The notes: generated from the letters alone by a model not told the origin. A stretch of 62,925 bases of DNA, filler included, from Vannella sp. (GCA_023345925.1; 8 parts of 8 records of this genome joined end to end with filler, not necessarily neighbours in it); one strand, 5' to 3'. Positions 11,988 to 23,452 are shown, numbered from the whole stretch's first letter. Program-made: numbers and translations.

Positions 11988-14966
11988 CTACTTCCGAGGA
12001 GCGGAAGTGACATTCATGTCGCCGAGGGAGATGCAAAGATCCAATGCGGCTTGGAGTTGCAGCTTCATGAGGATCATTTGCTCGTTCTGATTGGCGGTTC
12101 CTTCAGTAATGGAATCCAAGAGGCACCGGACTGTTGTGGAGGCTTTCGAGTTTGACTTTTGAATGGTTTCCAACATTTGCTGTTGAGCGATGAGGCGCTG
12201 CCTTTCACTGTTCTTGAGAACTAAAATCTGCTGCTGAAGCGCCTTTGCCTCTTCTCGGAGCTCGACCACCTCTTCCTCGAGGGTCTTTTTCGATCTGGGC
12301 GGTTCAATTCGAAGTGACATTTCGTAGAGTTGGTCCGTGGAGGGCGGATTGATCTTACCATCTAGTCAGCACTACTTTGGCTAGCCATTATGGACTTACT
12401 TGAGCTAAGTGTCTCTTCAATTCAGAGTTGCCTGAGATCTCGGAGAAGAACCGGGAGGTTTCCATGTGGTGAAGCTCCAGTACTCGATCAGCAACCATTT
12501 TCATCCGCTCAAAGTTGACAACCATCTTCATATCATCGTTAAAAATGGGATTGCCGTCAAGGCAAAGGGTCAAATCTCTCAAATAAACCGCTAAACGCAA
12601 CATCACATGAACAAAACGCATTTGTACGGCCAATGACTCACCCAAGGCAGGAACGCAAGCTGGGTCAGTCGGTAGCTTCCGGTAGATCTTGTAGCCGTTA
12701 ATAGGAGAGTAAATCTCTTTCAGCTTGTTTAACCGGTTCAGGTATTTCTCAGGAAGATTCTGAATGGATGGTCAGGTCATGGCGAGGTCGAAGCGGAAAG
12801 AAAGGTTCTCTTACACTCGAAATTCGCTTTAGGCGAGCAACTGACGCATCGGAAAGGCCTCCTAAGATGGCAGTGCAGGAATTGTAGTTTTGGACGTCGT
12901 GGAGTTGTTGAGCAAGTTTGACGAACTTGCAATAAATAGCCAATTGGGCCTTCTCTTCAAAGAGATCAAGGATAGAGAAAGCTACCCAATTGCTGATCTT
13001 GTTGTACCGAGCAACAAGAAGTGATATAGCCGGACCAGTCGTTTCGTTCTCCCAGTTTTGGTCCATAAACTCGGACACTTCGATATGGCGGAAGAGCTCT
13101 GCCTCATCCAGAGTAATTTGGCAAGCGAGATCCTTCACAGGATATCCAGCCGCGCTAGAAGGGCTTAGAACTGGTTCACTAATAAGAGGAGGGACGCACT
13201 TCTCAAAGATGATATCAGCAGTTACCAGCACCTCAGGAGTTGTCCCTGACTCTTCGTCCCCTGTCCTAGATTCTTTGGCTTCACTGTTACCAGTAGAAGA
13301 ATGACGAGGCTCCCTGGGACACTGAGCGCTTTGTAGAAAGGCTTTTTGGCTCTTGTTGTTAGAAATGCACCAATCCCTTAGATTGAAGCGGAAGGCCGCC
13401 TCCTCTTGGAAATTAGGCTGCACTACGGGAGACTCGATGCACTGATGAACAAATCTGCCCAAGCTTTGCAACAGACAGAACCCGTCAGTGGACCATCCAG
13501 CAGCGGTCAGCAATCCATACCATTCCTTCATCTCTGCCTTAGAGCGCATAGATGGGTATCCTCGCCGATTCCAATGGCTCCAAACCGATTGAACTGTCTT
13601 GAGCAGTAACTCTGACGAGCATACCCATTGGTGACACAAGAAGAGCGCCCCAGCATCCTTATTTCCTATTCTTTGTCAGTCCAAAGCGAGACAAACGAAG
13701 GCAGACATACTCCCTTCTTGAGATGAAAAGAGAATGCACCATTTAACCAAATCTGTCACAGTTCCTGCCTTCACTGGCCCAAAATGAGCGCCAAAGAGGC
13801 ACAGAATCTTCTAAGGCACTTACAGTGATATTGGGATGACCCTTCAGTAACCTCCTCAATCTCAACAGAAGCAGAGAACTCCGCTAGAAGGGCTTCCTTG
13901 TTGACACAATCCGATTTGTAGTACATTCGAGCGTACTTTGAGCCTTTGTGCTTCTTGGAGACAGGGTCTTGTCCATCTGCTTTGCGCAAGACCCGCCGTA
14001 TCTCTTGTGATGTTGTTGAGACCATTGGCTTCTTCTTCTTGCTGTAAGACACCGCTATTCCAGTGGCAGCTTCCAACGCGCGCTGCCACGCTTCACACTC
14101 TTCCTGAGTGTCCATTGTGAGTTCAATGGTGGCAGTTGTTGTCTTAAAGACAATGACATGGCTCTTCTCGTCCGCTACCTCGATCTTGGACGTGGCTTCG
14201 ATCGAAATGCTCTCGAGGACAGCCGAATCCTGTCCAGTTGTGATGTGAGGGCCCATCCAGTGCCTGGTTGTCACCTTACCCATTCAGTACGGAAGAACTT
14301 GATCATTGGAAACTCCAAAAGGGCCCAGTAGCTAACGGGTTGAAGTTCTTCTTCTCCTGGGACCAAAGCCAGCTTCCTCATCTTCAGCAGGCCATTGGAG
14401 ATGAGGTGCTCGTTGTGGAGACTGAGGTTCTGCTTCAATCCGTCTATCAAGAGCATTCTCTCCTTGATACGGGCTTTCAGCTCGTCCACCTTTCCCCTCT
14501 CCTCCTCGGGGCTCTCGATTAACATGCGCATACGAGCTCTCTCCTCCTTGAGCGTGGCTTCTTCCTTCATAAGCTTCACTCGGATCTCCGCCAGCGGGTC
14601 TCCCGCTTCAGGGTTGGAGGCGGACCTCTTACAAGGGATGAGATGCCTCGCAGGGTCACGCTTCACAGTCCCTTCTTGGGATTGAGAACTCGATTCCGGC
14701 GTCCCCACACGCGAGAGGACCTCACTGAGCTCCCGGAAGGTCTCCGGAGGGATACTCATTCGTTCCCCCGCCCCTCGCATGTTCAAAGGGTCCAAAGGCT
14801 TCTTCAAAGAGGTGACAGGCGATGTCACCTTCTTCTTCTTCCGCAATGCTAACGAAAAGCGCGGGGACCTCAACACCTGCGTGTCATCCATCCCAAGCCA
14901 GCAAAAAATACATGAGCGGCCGATTCCTTGAAAGTCTGATTCAAAAATAGACCTTTTCCGCTCCAT
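11988..14966 (-). CDS. RasGEF (PH + REM + CDC25 domains, flanking coiled coils)
   Basis: PH end MDTQEECEAWQRALEAA; REM AGTVTDLVKW; CDC25 DLACQITLDEAELFRHI, NYNSCTAILGGL..SVARLK, PACVP, YLRDLT...GNP, VNFERMK, LYEMSLRIEP. Start codon uncertain. Confidence 0.88.
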
Positions 14967-15022
14967 CTCCCTTTGTGTGACTTTGAGCTTACTGTCAGGC
15001 AAGGGCAGGGGTGATCTTGGGT

Positions 15023-16473
15023 CTATTCCAAAGATCCAGTTTGGAGGAAACGGGTGAAAAGGGTTTGGGCAAAGAGTGGTTGATACTGTGGGACTTCGTG
15101 TCCAGCCCCACGGACTGTAGCGAAGGTGTACTTGTCGTAGACTTCGACGTAGCCGGCAGTGATGAGGCTTTTTGACTTGGCATCCGTCTCCTCTCTGGGA
15201 ATCTGGGGGCCTGGCACTGTCCAGCGGCTGTCATTCATAAGATTAGTTACTTGCCAACGTTCTTCATACTAACCTCCATCGGTTCACAGTCTTACGCTTC
15301 AGTTGAGCAAGGCACTCTTGTGTGAACGCATGAGGCACATCAGCAATGTCCACATCTCCAGAGTAGATGAGGACGTGGAGCTGGCTGTGGTCAAAGAAGT
15401 AATTGTAATAGTTGAGCATATTATGGAAGGATTGAGTGTAGTTCAGCCGCCCTCCGTCTGCACAAGCAAACCAAAGTTTTCCTGCTGGTTTCGCATGGAT
15501 GGCTGCTTGGACCTCAGGGAGCTAAACAGACTTCATCAGAGCTTATTCTACGCACTTCTATCGAAGATATTACATTAAGATAGGCCGGGGTCCGATCAAT
15601 CAAAGAAAAACACTTGGGAGTAGTTTCTGTGAAGTCCAGGGTTCCGTTCCCAGTGCAGAAGTCAGTATACAAGTTATCAAGATCGAAAGGCCCGATGTCT
15701 GCCACCCAGCTTTTGTACATCGTCTCACAGTCCTGAGAGAAGTCCAAGTCACATTCTGCATCAGGGCATGAACTAAAGTCCTCTCAAAGAGACCTTCCTT
15801 ACCCTGTTTGAACCACTCTTGGCGATTGGAGAAGGAAATGAGACCATGCCAGAAGTAGAGCTCCAACTGAATGGTGAAGAAAGTGTCTTTCCAGCCGGCA
15901 CAGTAAATGATCGGATTCCCGATCATTATGCCTTTTAGGCTAGCCCTGAGTTGCGTGGAGGTGCCAGTGAGAATGTTATAAGTAAGAGTGGGTATGTATA
16001 CACCCCCGTAGCTCTCTCCAGTCACCCAGAGATCGTTCTGAGCGTATTGAGGGAACTCTTCGAAGAAGCCCTCAAGGAACTGGTAGTTCTCGAGCGCTGT
16101 TTCATTGTCACCTGTTGAGTAACCTACTTCCTTGGCTGCGGTACTGAACCCTACGCCTGCAGGTTGCTCGAGGTAGATGACGTTGGCGTTCTTGTTCCAA
16201 GAGAAGGGATTGTCCACCAGTGTGTGGCCATCCTGTTGCTTGTTAGTGCTCCTGTTGCCCTCCAGGGAGACAAGAAACCACTCCTACAGGTTCAATACGG
16301 AAGGGACCGTTCTCTTGGAACAGTCCAATCAACCCAGAGCAGCCTGGTCCCCCTTGCATCCACAAAACGACCTGATTCTGTGAGACAACGCTGCGCAAGG
16401 CCAAGGAAGACATACAGGATCGGTGGAAGGAGAGTTTTGACTCTCTACGAACCAGTAGAAGAGCGACTTTGGT
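15023..16473 (-). CDS. Serine carboxypeptidase, family S10 (5' truncated at contig edge)
   Basis: [31 protein letters not shown], catalytic Ser motif [16 protein letters not shown], catalytic His motif [10 protein letters not shown]. Confidence 0.95.
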
Positions 16474-16573
16474 NNNNNNNNNNNNNNNNNNNNNNNNNNN
16501 NNNNNNNNNNNNNNNNNTTAATTAATTAANNNNNNNNNNNNNNNNNNNNNNNNNNNNNNNNNNNNNNNNNNNN
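16474..16573. other. Artificial contig spacer
   Basis: 100-nt N run with TTAATTAATTAA. Confidence 0.99.
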
Positions 16574-16658
16574 CCATCACCCCCACACAGTTGACAGCAT
16601 TCACAATAGCCTCCACATCAGCACGGAACAGATCCCCTCGCACAAACTCGACCACCAT
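16574..16658 (-). CDS. N-terminus of a DarG-like macrodomain protein (3' truncated; absent from ORF track)
   Basis: Reverse strand from ATG at 16658 reads MVVEFVRGDLFRADVEAIVNAVNCVGVM(G): macrodomain GD motif plus the NxVNCVGVMG motif typical of DarG-type macrodomains. Only 28 codons visible. Confidence 0.8.
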
Positions 16659-16752
16659 CCTCTCAAAGGCGGCTCCCACAAAATGGGCTTCTTGGGCAGA
16701 GAAAAATCTGAAATTTTCTCATGATATGGCCATTAATTGCCAGCCCTAATTG

Positions 16753-18270
16753 ATGGCCATATCACTACACAATGTGCGGAGCCGGAGGACTGTTGGGCGG
16801 ACATCGTGCGATCGCTGCCGCAAGTTGAAGAGAAAGTGTGAAGGGAGGAGCTCGTCTCCGTGCGAGCGATGTTCTCGGTTGGGGTATCCTTGCACGTTCT
16901 CTTCGGCAGGTCACCCAACACTGCTGGTGACCAAGAAGGAGGAGGACGAAAGCCCTATAGTGATCCAACAGAGTGAAACGGATACTTACTCTTTGAGCGA
17001 GTTGGCTCCGCCTTCACCAAGAGAGCAAACCACCCTCGTCCGAACTGCTGTGAATCGGGGGTGGCTGGATACGTATCATTGTCGCGTCAACTTCACCCAG
17101 ATGTTCTATGGCGGTAGTGATGTCCGACTGTACAATGGAGCTACTTCTCCTGCGCTTCTCCTTCAATACTACGCCGCGATGGCGAGCGTGGCTCGATCTA
17201 CAGAGTCTAACCGCTCCATTACGGGTTACTATGAGAACAGAGCCAAGCTGATCACAGGTGATCTGAATCTTGAACCCTCTCTTGATCTCATGAAGGGCTT
17301 CCAGCTTCTTTCCTTCCACTACTGGGGTCAGGACGAAGGGCAATGCGAGTTCTTTCGGCGCATGGCCATCTCCATGGGCATCACACTCGCTCGAAGCCCA
17401 AATCTCTCATTCAGTGACTCGCAACAGCTACTCCAGATTGTCCTAGGAACGGTGGGGGCACAAAATTTGGACAACCCTTTGTGTGGAAGTTCGCTAAAAT
17501 GGGTCTTGGAAGAGTTTGCGGACCTCATTATGATAGTATCTCTTGAAGAAGAGGCCCTGACATCCTTGAATAACTCTCTGAGTGTCCGAGGAACCATCCA
17601 ATGGCTCCGAATGCGCGCTAACTTCTCTGCTTGCGTCAATCGAACTCCAAATATTGAGGCACCGGTATTCACTGGCCGCACGGACGATGCAAACCGTCTG
17701 CGGAGCTCAGTCATCGAGACTGAGCCGCTCATTCGGCCATATCAAGGCTCGGGTGTTGTTGCCGGCACTTTGATGCGGGGAGTGATGATTGCTTCATTGG
17801 ATACCCTCGAGGAATCAATTGAAATCCTTTGGCAAGCAGTTCGAAGCTACTGGGAGGATAGCAATGTCATCTTTGCAGTCAACGTCCCAATCCTCCTCCA
17901 CATGGGATTCCGGATCGCAGTTGCCTTCAAAGATTTCGCGCTTGCTTCTTGGCTCTCCAAGATCCAATTCAGCTTGAGTGAACAATTCACTGTGGCTCGG
18001 CAGATGTACGAGGAGGAGTCTTCGTATCTCAATCGCCTTTTTGCTCCCCCTTCCCTCCCAAATACTATTTATCCAACTATGGAGCCTCCATCTTTAAATT
18101 ACTCCCCGCATCATTCAAGCGAAGGTATTGCCCCTCCATTGAGAACCACTCTCAATGATAATTGTGACTTGCCTGTCGAATGGGCCCCTTCCCTCTCCCA
18201 CGAGATTCACCCCTTTACCATTTGCGATCCCAACATTACTCCAGTGACCCCCTCAACACTCTTCCCGTAG
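16753..18270 (+). CDS. Zn(II)2Cys6 binuclear-cluster transcription factor
   Basis: SCDRCRKLKRKCEGRSSSPCERCSRLGYPCTF matches CX2CX6CX7CX2CX6C; helical middle region, Pro-rich tail; single exon. Confidence 0.88.
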   Translation: MAISLHNVRSRRTVGRTSCDRCRKLKRKCEGRSSSPCERCSRLGYPCTFSSAGHPTLLVTKKEEDESPIVIQQSETDTYSLSELAPPSPREQTTLVRTAVNRGWLDTYHCRVNFTQMFYGGSDVRLYNGATSPALLLQYYAAMASVARSTESNRSITGYYENRAKLITGDLNLEPSLDLMKGFQLLSFHYWGQDEGQCEFFRRMAISMGITLARSPNLSFSDSQQLLQIVLGTVGAQNLDNPLCGSSLKWVLEEFADLIMIVSLEEEALTSLNNSLSVRGTIQWLRMRANFSACVNRTPNIEAPVFTGRTDDANRLRSSVIETEPLIRPYQGSGVVAGTLMRGVMIASLDTLEESIEILWQAVRSYWEDSNVIFAVNVPILLHMGFRIAVAFKDFALASWLSKIQFSLSEQFTVARQMYEEESSYLNRLFAPPSLPNTIYPTMEPPSLNYSPHHSSEGIAPPLRTTLNDNCDLPVEWAPSLSHEIHPFTICDPNITPVTPSTLFP

Positions 18271-18315
18271 ACCGCTTCTTACTAAGAACAGAGAATAGTT
18301 CTCTCACCGGAAATC

Positions 18316-18626
18316 TGAGAGTTCACGGTCCCAGCCTGAGTAAACCACGTCCGCTCAACTCTGAGAGAGTTCAGCGCCGCACTAAACCACGTCCGCAGGC
18401 CCTGGTTGAAAAGTGCCACTAAATTCGATCGGGACCTTTACCAATCGACTTTTTATGTGTTTTAGTCGGGGTACTTTTTGGGCTCATTTGACCATCGCTC
18501 CAAACTCCAAACGAGGGAAAAGGAGCCCTCTTAAAAACAAATAAAAACATCATTTGGATCGGTGCCAGGCGAATATAGAAGCACTTTCAAAGGAGGCCAG
18601 CGGACGTGGCCGTGAACTCTCTCTCA
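18316..18626. mobile_element. Foldback/MITE-like imperfect palindrome
   Basis: Left arm GAGAGAGTTCA..CCACGTCCGCAGGCC..TTGAAAAGTGC..CTAAATTCG..TTTTTATGTGTTTTAG aligns with the reverse complement of the right arm GAGAGAGTTCA..CCACGTCCGCTGGCC..TTGAAAGTGC..CTATATTCG..TTTTTATTTGTTTTTAAG. The left end is tandemly duplicated. No TSD identified. Confidence 0.6.
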
Positions 18627-18716
18627 AGGGCGCGTTCGTAAAAGGCCCCAAAATTGATGCTGAGTGGGTGGAATCGGATGTTTATCTGTTTTCAGGTTAC
18701 TTTCTGACAGTTTTGG

Positions 18717-20129
18717 ATGGCTCCGAAGAGAGGAAAGGCTCCACAGACCTTTGGGTCACCCTCGGCTGCTTCCGTTCCTGAAGCACGTTCTGTGTTGTTG
18801 GCTGTGTTGTTAGTAATCCTAGCGATCGAGGTGATCGTGTTGGTGACCAACCCGGCTCCTTTGAAGGAGCAGTTGAAGGTGTCTACTGCTGCAGCGACTG
18901 CCAGAGGCACTCCTGATCATCCTTTGATTGTTCTCTACAAGGGAAAGAGTAGCAAACACGACTACATCTGGACCACAGGCCATTGGGCTGGTTGGGGATC
19001 CGGTAAGAGCCTCTTTTGTCCTCTCAAGAAGCCGAACCTGACAGCAATGTCCAGAGTCCCGCAACATGGACTCCTACACCATTCATAAGCCTCTCCCGTG
19101 GGCTGCTGAAGGTGTTACTATTCACAAGAAGTGCGATGTGTCATGCTACGTTACAGACTCCCAAGGTCTCCTTCCAATGGCTGATGCTGTCATATTCGAG
19201 GTCCGTATCGCCCTTCCAAGGTAGTTAAGTACTGACAAACAGTCTGCATAGATCGTGAATCAACCACGCACGTTCCCCAACACTCCAATGGAGTGGCCCA
19301 AGCGGAAGCCCTCTCAGCTTTGGGGAAGCTTCTACTTTGAGCCCACTGCGCCATACAAGCCCTACCTGTCCACCGTAGAGAACCAATTCGACTTTTCTAT
19401 GACTCCAAACCAGGTGAGAGGACTTTCAAGGAGCGGCTTGGCTTGTCTAATGAATGAGAAGGACTCCACGCTTCCCGTGACGCTCATCTGTCCTTGGGGA
19501 AGAGAGAACGGCGACTACCTTCTACCTCCTAGACCCAAGACTGCTCCTGCACCAGTTTGTGACTTCAGTGGCACCGCTCCTGCTCTCTTCAGAGAGTTCT
19601 GGACCGCTTTCCGGACAAAGATCCAGGTTGACTCATACGCTGGGTCCTGGAGGAACCTTGAAGCCCCCCAGCCTTTCAAGCTCCCAGAGCGCTTGAACCA
19701 CGTGGGAACATACAAGTTCGCCATCATCACAGACGACAAGCAAGAGCGTGATTGGTACGAATCGACTTTGGGAGCTTCTCCCTCCCCTCTCAGGGCTGAC
19801 AGAACGTGTGCAGGATTGTCCCAGAGTTCTCTCAAGCACTACTAGCAGGAGCCATCCCCATCTACATGGGAGCACCGAACATCGACGAGTTCTCCCCCGG
19901 CGAGAAGAGTTTCATCAAAGCGTCGGACTTCTCCTCTGGCGAGGAGCTTGCAGAGCACATCCAATACCTCCTGGACAATCCTTCCGCCTACCAAACCTAC
20001 TTTGCGTGGAAGAGCAAAGGACTATCCGAGTCCTTCATCAGACACCTTCAAAACTGCACTCATTTCGCAGAGTGCCGCATCTGCCATCATGTTCTGGACA
20101 TGCAGAAGCAGAACAAGAAGAAGATCTGA
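18717..20129 (+). CDS. GT10 (alpha-1,3/4-fucosyltransferase family) type II membrane protein
   Basis: N-terminal TM (VLLAVLLVILAIEVIVLV), CDVSCYVTD..ADAVIF, spliced motif YKFAIITDDKQERDWIVPEFSQALLAGAIPIYMGAPNI, SFIKASDF, YQTYFAWK. Four short introns. Confidence 0.85.
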
Positions 20130-20521
20130 AGTTCTCCACTCCTCCACGCAGAGAAGAGAGGCTTCTTCTCCCCTAAAAGGTGAATTCCTTCTATTCTGTC
20201 GGACGGCAAGGTCCTTCCCACCGTTACTTCTGAAGGTACTCTTCAGCATGAACTCCTGGACCAGGTTGAGCGCCAGTTGGATGCCAGACCTTGGAAGGAG
20301 ACTTGTATGCCCTTTGGCGGTCAGTTTGAGTCTTTCAGGTCCTGTTCTCCCCGTACCTCTTGTCAAGGTCGTAACAAGAGCTGGAGAGTAGGTTGTATGA
20401 GGGCTCAGAGGTGCTGGACAATGGGTCGAGAGCCAGACTGCGTACTTCTCATAGATTGAGTCTACCAGCGTGGTGCAGAGAGTAGCGTAGACACTATTGC
20501 TGGGTTAGGAAGCATTGTTTG

Positions 20522-22959
20522 ATGTCAGGGGCGGGCCAGAAGGCCATTCCCTTGCCGAAGAGGGTGCGCGAAGATTGTAGCCGGGATCTGGCTCTGCGAG
20601 TGAGCAGAGGGCTTGGGTTATTGCGCAATAACAATGCAGATACTCGGGCACCGGGAAGGAGGATGCTGCGGGAGGAAATGATGTCTCTTAACCTTGAAAC
20701 GATTCCTCTCTTCCTCCACCCGCTGCTCCAACTGAAGCCAGACCCTTCGCCTAGTACTGATCAAGCAGGTGCTAGTAGGGATGTCATTGGGTTGCTGGGA
20801 GAATGCTGCAGCGACCTTTCTGACGAGCTGGTGCGCCCCTACGCCAAGAAGATCCTCACTTTCATCCTTATCCACCTTCAAACCCCAACAGGTAGCATTG
20901 ATAAGATGCATGAACAGTGCTCTTTGACTCTGGTCACCATATCTAGCTCTCTTTCCCCTGGTCCTGTCTTAGGGGGACTCCTCGCTCTGTATGAAACCAA
21001 GCAGAGGACTGGAGACCGCTTCCAGCACCTTCAATTAGGATTAGGAAGATGCATAGTGGCTCAATTACACTGTGAGGCCGTTCAAACTTATCTGAGAGAG
21101 AAGCCAGAGTCCTTAACTCGCCTGACCTCGAGACTTATTGAGCTGATTCGGTCCCCAGGAGAATGGAATGCAAGCCACATCCTCTTGATTCTCCGCAATG
21201 CACTCGAAATGATCGAGGAAAGCCGCGTATTGGTGATTCCAGCGGCCCCTCAAGTGATATCCCACGCCATTCAGGCAATGAGTTCTAAGTCTGATGCATT
21301 GCAGTCTCCATTAGAGTCAGGGGGATGGAGAAACCGATCAGAAGGAGCGCATCTATTAGGAGCACTCCCACAGTTCTTGGGAGTCGAAGTGTGCCAACCT
21401 TACTCCAAAGAAGTGATTTTTTATCTTAATGACTCCCGCCACGACAGAGTAGGCCCTGATATGAATAGGAAGGGGCCTTGTTTTGACTCTGACTTAGGTT
21501 AAAGCAGTACGAGACGAAGTCATAGCCGCCTTGCGTCATTGGAAGCCACTTCTTGATGACCAAACGACTCCTTCTCAGGAGTCTTCAAGTGCTCAAATGA
21601 GTTTTTCTTCTTTTTCATATGCAACTCCCCCGCGTGCGGTTGATAGAGGCATTCAGTCTTCCAGGCAAGTGAAATCGGCGTCTCATCGAAGGGATGAAGG
21701 ATTGCAAAATTTTATCAAACAGCAGAGATCTTCTCCAGCACTAGAAACAACCATTCTTCTCCCATCTCGCCCTCCTCCTCGCAGATACCAGCCCACCGAG
21801 GAAGAAGAAGAAGAAGAAGAAAAAAAAGAAGAAGAGGAACGATTTGAGAAGTTTCGTGTTCCTGAACCAATCTCTCAAGTCAGGACCCATCAACCATCAA
21901 AATTACAGCCTATAGAACCTGCCTCCATCAATTCATCTATTCGACGAGAAGAGCTCTTATTGGATACTGTTGAAGATGACTTTGGGACAACTTCTATTGG
22001 AGGGATGAAACCTCCATCAATCGGGCTGCCTCGACCGCAAGAGGTCTTTTATTCTCCTTCTGTTCATCCACAAATTTCTGTTCTTCAGCCCAGTCCTTTC
22101 CTTACTCCATCTGGATTAGCGTCTTCTACATTGCTATCGTTAGCGCCCCCCCTCGTACTTCGGGCTGGAATTCCGGCCTTGACAAGCCATCAATTAGCTC
22201 CAGCTCCTATTCTGCAACGCACAACAAATCCCACTCTGAACATTGTTCAAAGAGAAGTTGAAGAGACTCAAGACCTTCCAGATATCCCTCAAGACCTAAT
22301 GGAAAGTATATTGTGGATGAACGAACAGATTCGGAGCTTGTATGAGCAGCAAATTGCTCTGATGGATGCACTCATAACAACTGAAGGCCCTGAGCTACCC
22401 ACATTACACTCTCCAGCTGCATCCATGTGCCGACCACAGTCAATCTCGAGGAACGCTGCTTCGCTTCTCCGCCTACAAAAGCAGAAGCTCGCGCAAGTCT
22501 CACAAATAGCCCAATCTATCAACCCAAACGATGACATCAACCAATATCCACAGGAGTATGCAAATCGAACTGGCCTCTCGAAAGTGACATTCAGTCAAAC
22601 ACTGGGTGCCATCGAAGAGGAAAGTAATATTCAAGTGGTAGTCGATTCTCTTATTGAGGTGATGAAAGAAGGGTCTCCTTCTCAAATCAGTCTCTTCTTG
22701 ATGAATCGGTCTCATCTAATAGAACATCTGCCGAAAGAAGCGTTGCATTTGGTATTCAAGTATATCACTTGTTTGATTCGAGATGGAATTCAGTCTGGTA
22801 AGCTCAGAAAAGTCGAATCATGCCACCTATTCTAACTTGCTACATGACACAGAGTTAGCTGGAGCTTGGATGGAAGAGCTTTTAAAAATTTACACCCCTC
22901 TGACATTGGAGCTTCGTAGTGAGATAACTTTCTCAATAACCGGGAGGAGAACTTCATAG
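20522..22959 (+). CDS. SPIRAL2/TORTIFOLIA1-like HEAT-repeat microtubule-associated protein
   Basis: SLNLETIPLFLHPL; spliced LNDSRHDRVKAVRDEVIAALRHWKPL (cf. plant RFDKxKPVRxSVxEALQLWK); central coil NEQIRSLYEQQIALMDAL; C-terminal helical domain ..LFLMNRS..AWMEELLKI. Two introns. Confidence 0.72.
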
Positions 22960-23452
22960 ACTCTTTGCTCTGTGACTCTCTCAGTCTTGTTTCGAAGGAT
23001 CGTTCCTCACTGTTCGCACCAATATGTCAAATGAAGGCATCTCTTTGAGAACTCATCTCTTCTCAGCTGCATATCTCTTTCCTTCGATATGGCATTCGAA
23101 AACTGCAGGTAGCACTTGCTAGATCATGGGACGTTTGTCTACTTTAAGACAAAGTGGGTTACACCACGCTGGAAACGAAACACATGAGGACGTTGCATCC
23201 GGTTCCGTTGTCACAAAAAAATGACCCCTCATTAGTTTGGGGGACAACGAGAGGACTGATCAGTGACTTCTCTCTACTAGTGAACCCACACATATCTTCA
23301 AATGTGTTTGGGAGTACAAGAGAAGTCACGAGCGGAGAGGGCATTTACCCTTGTTTGGGTTGGGTCCTTAACCCTAGCTCGCCGGCAATTTTTTGTTGGG
23401 CCAGAACCGGAACTGGGACACTGAGCCCACCTAAATTTGGATAAGTTATCAG

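Noticed and set aside
21798..21840. GAA-rich tract (also near 60045-60075)
   Set aside because: In-frame poly-Glu low-complexity coding sequence.
23165..23265. Hammerhead ribozyme or C/D snoRNA
   Set aside because: No exact CUGAUGA core in the right order; the box C candidate (ATGAGGA) is imperfect and has no terminal stem.
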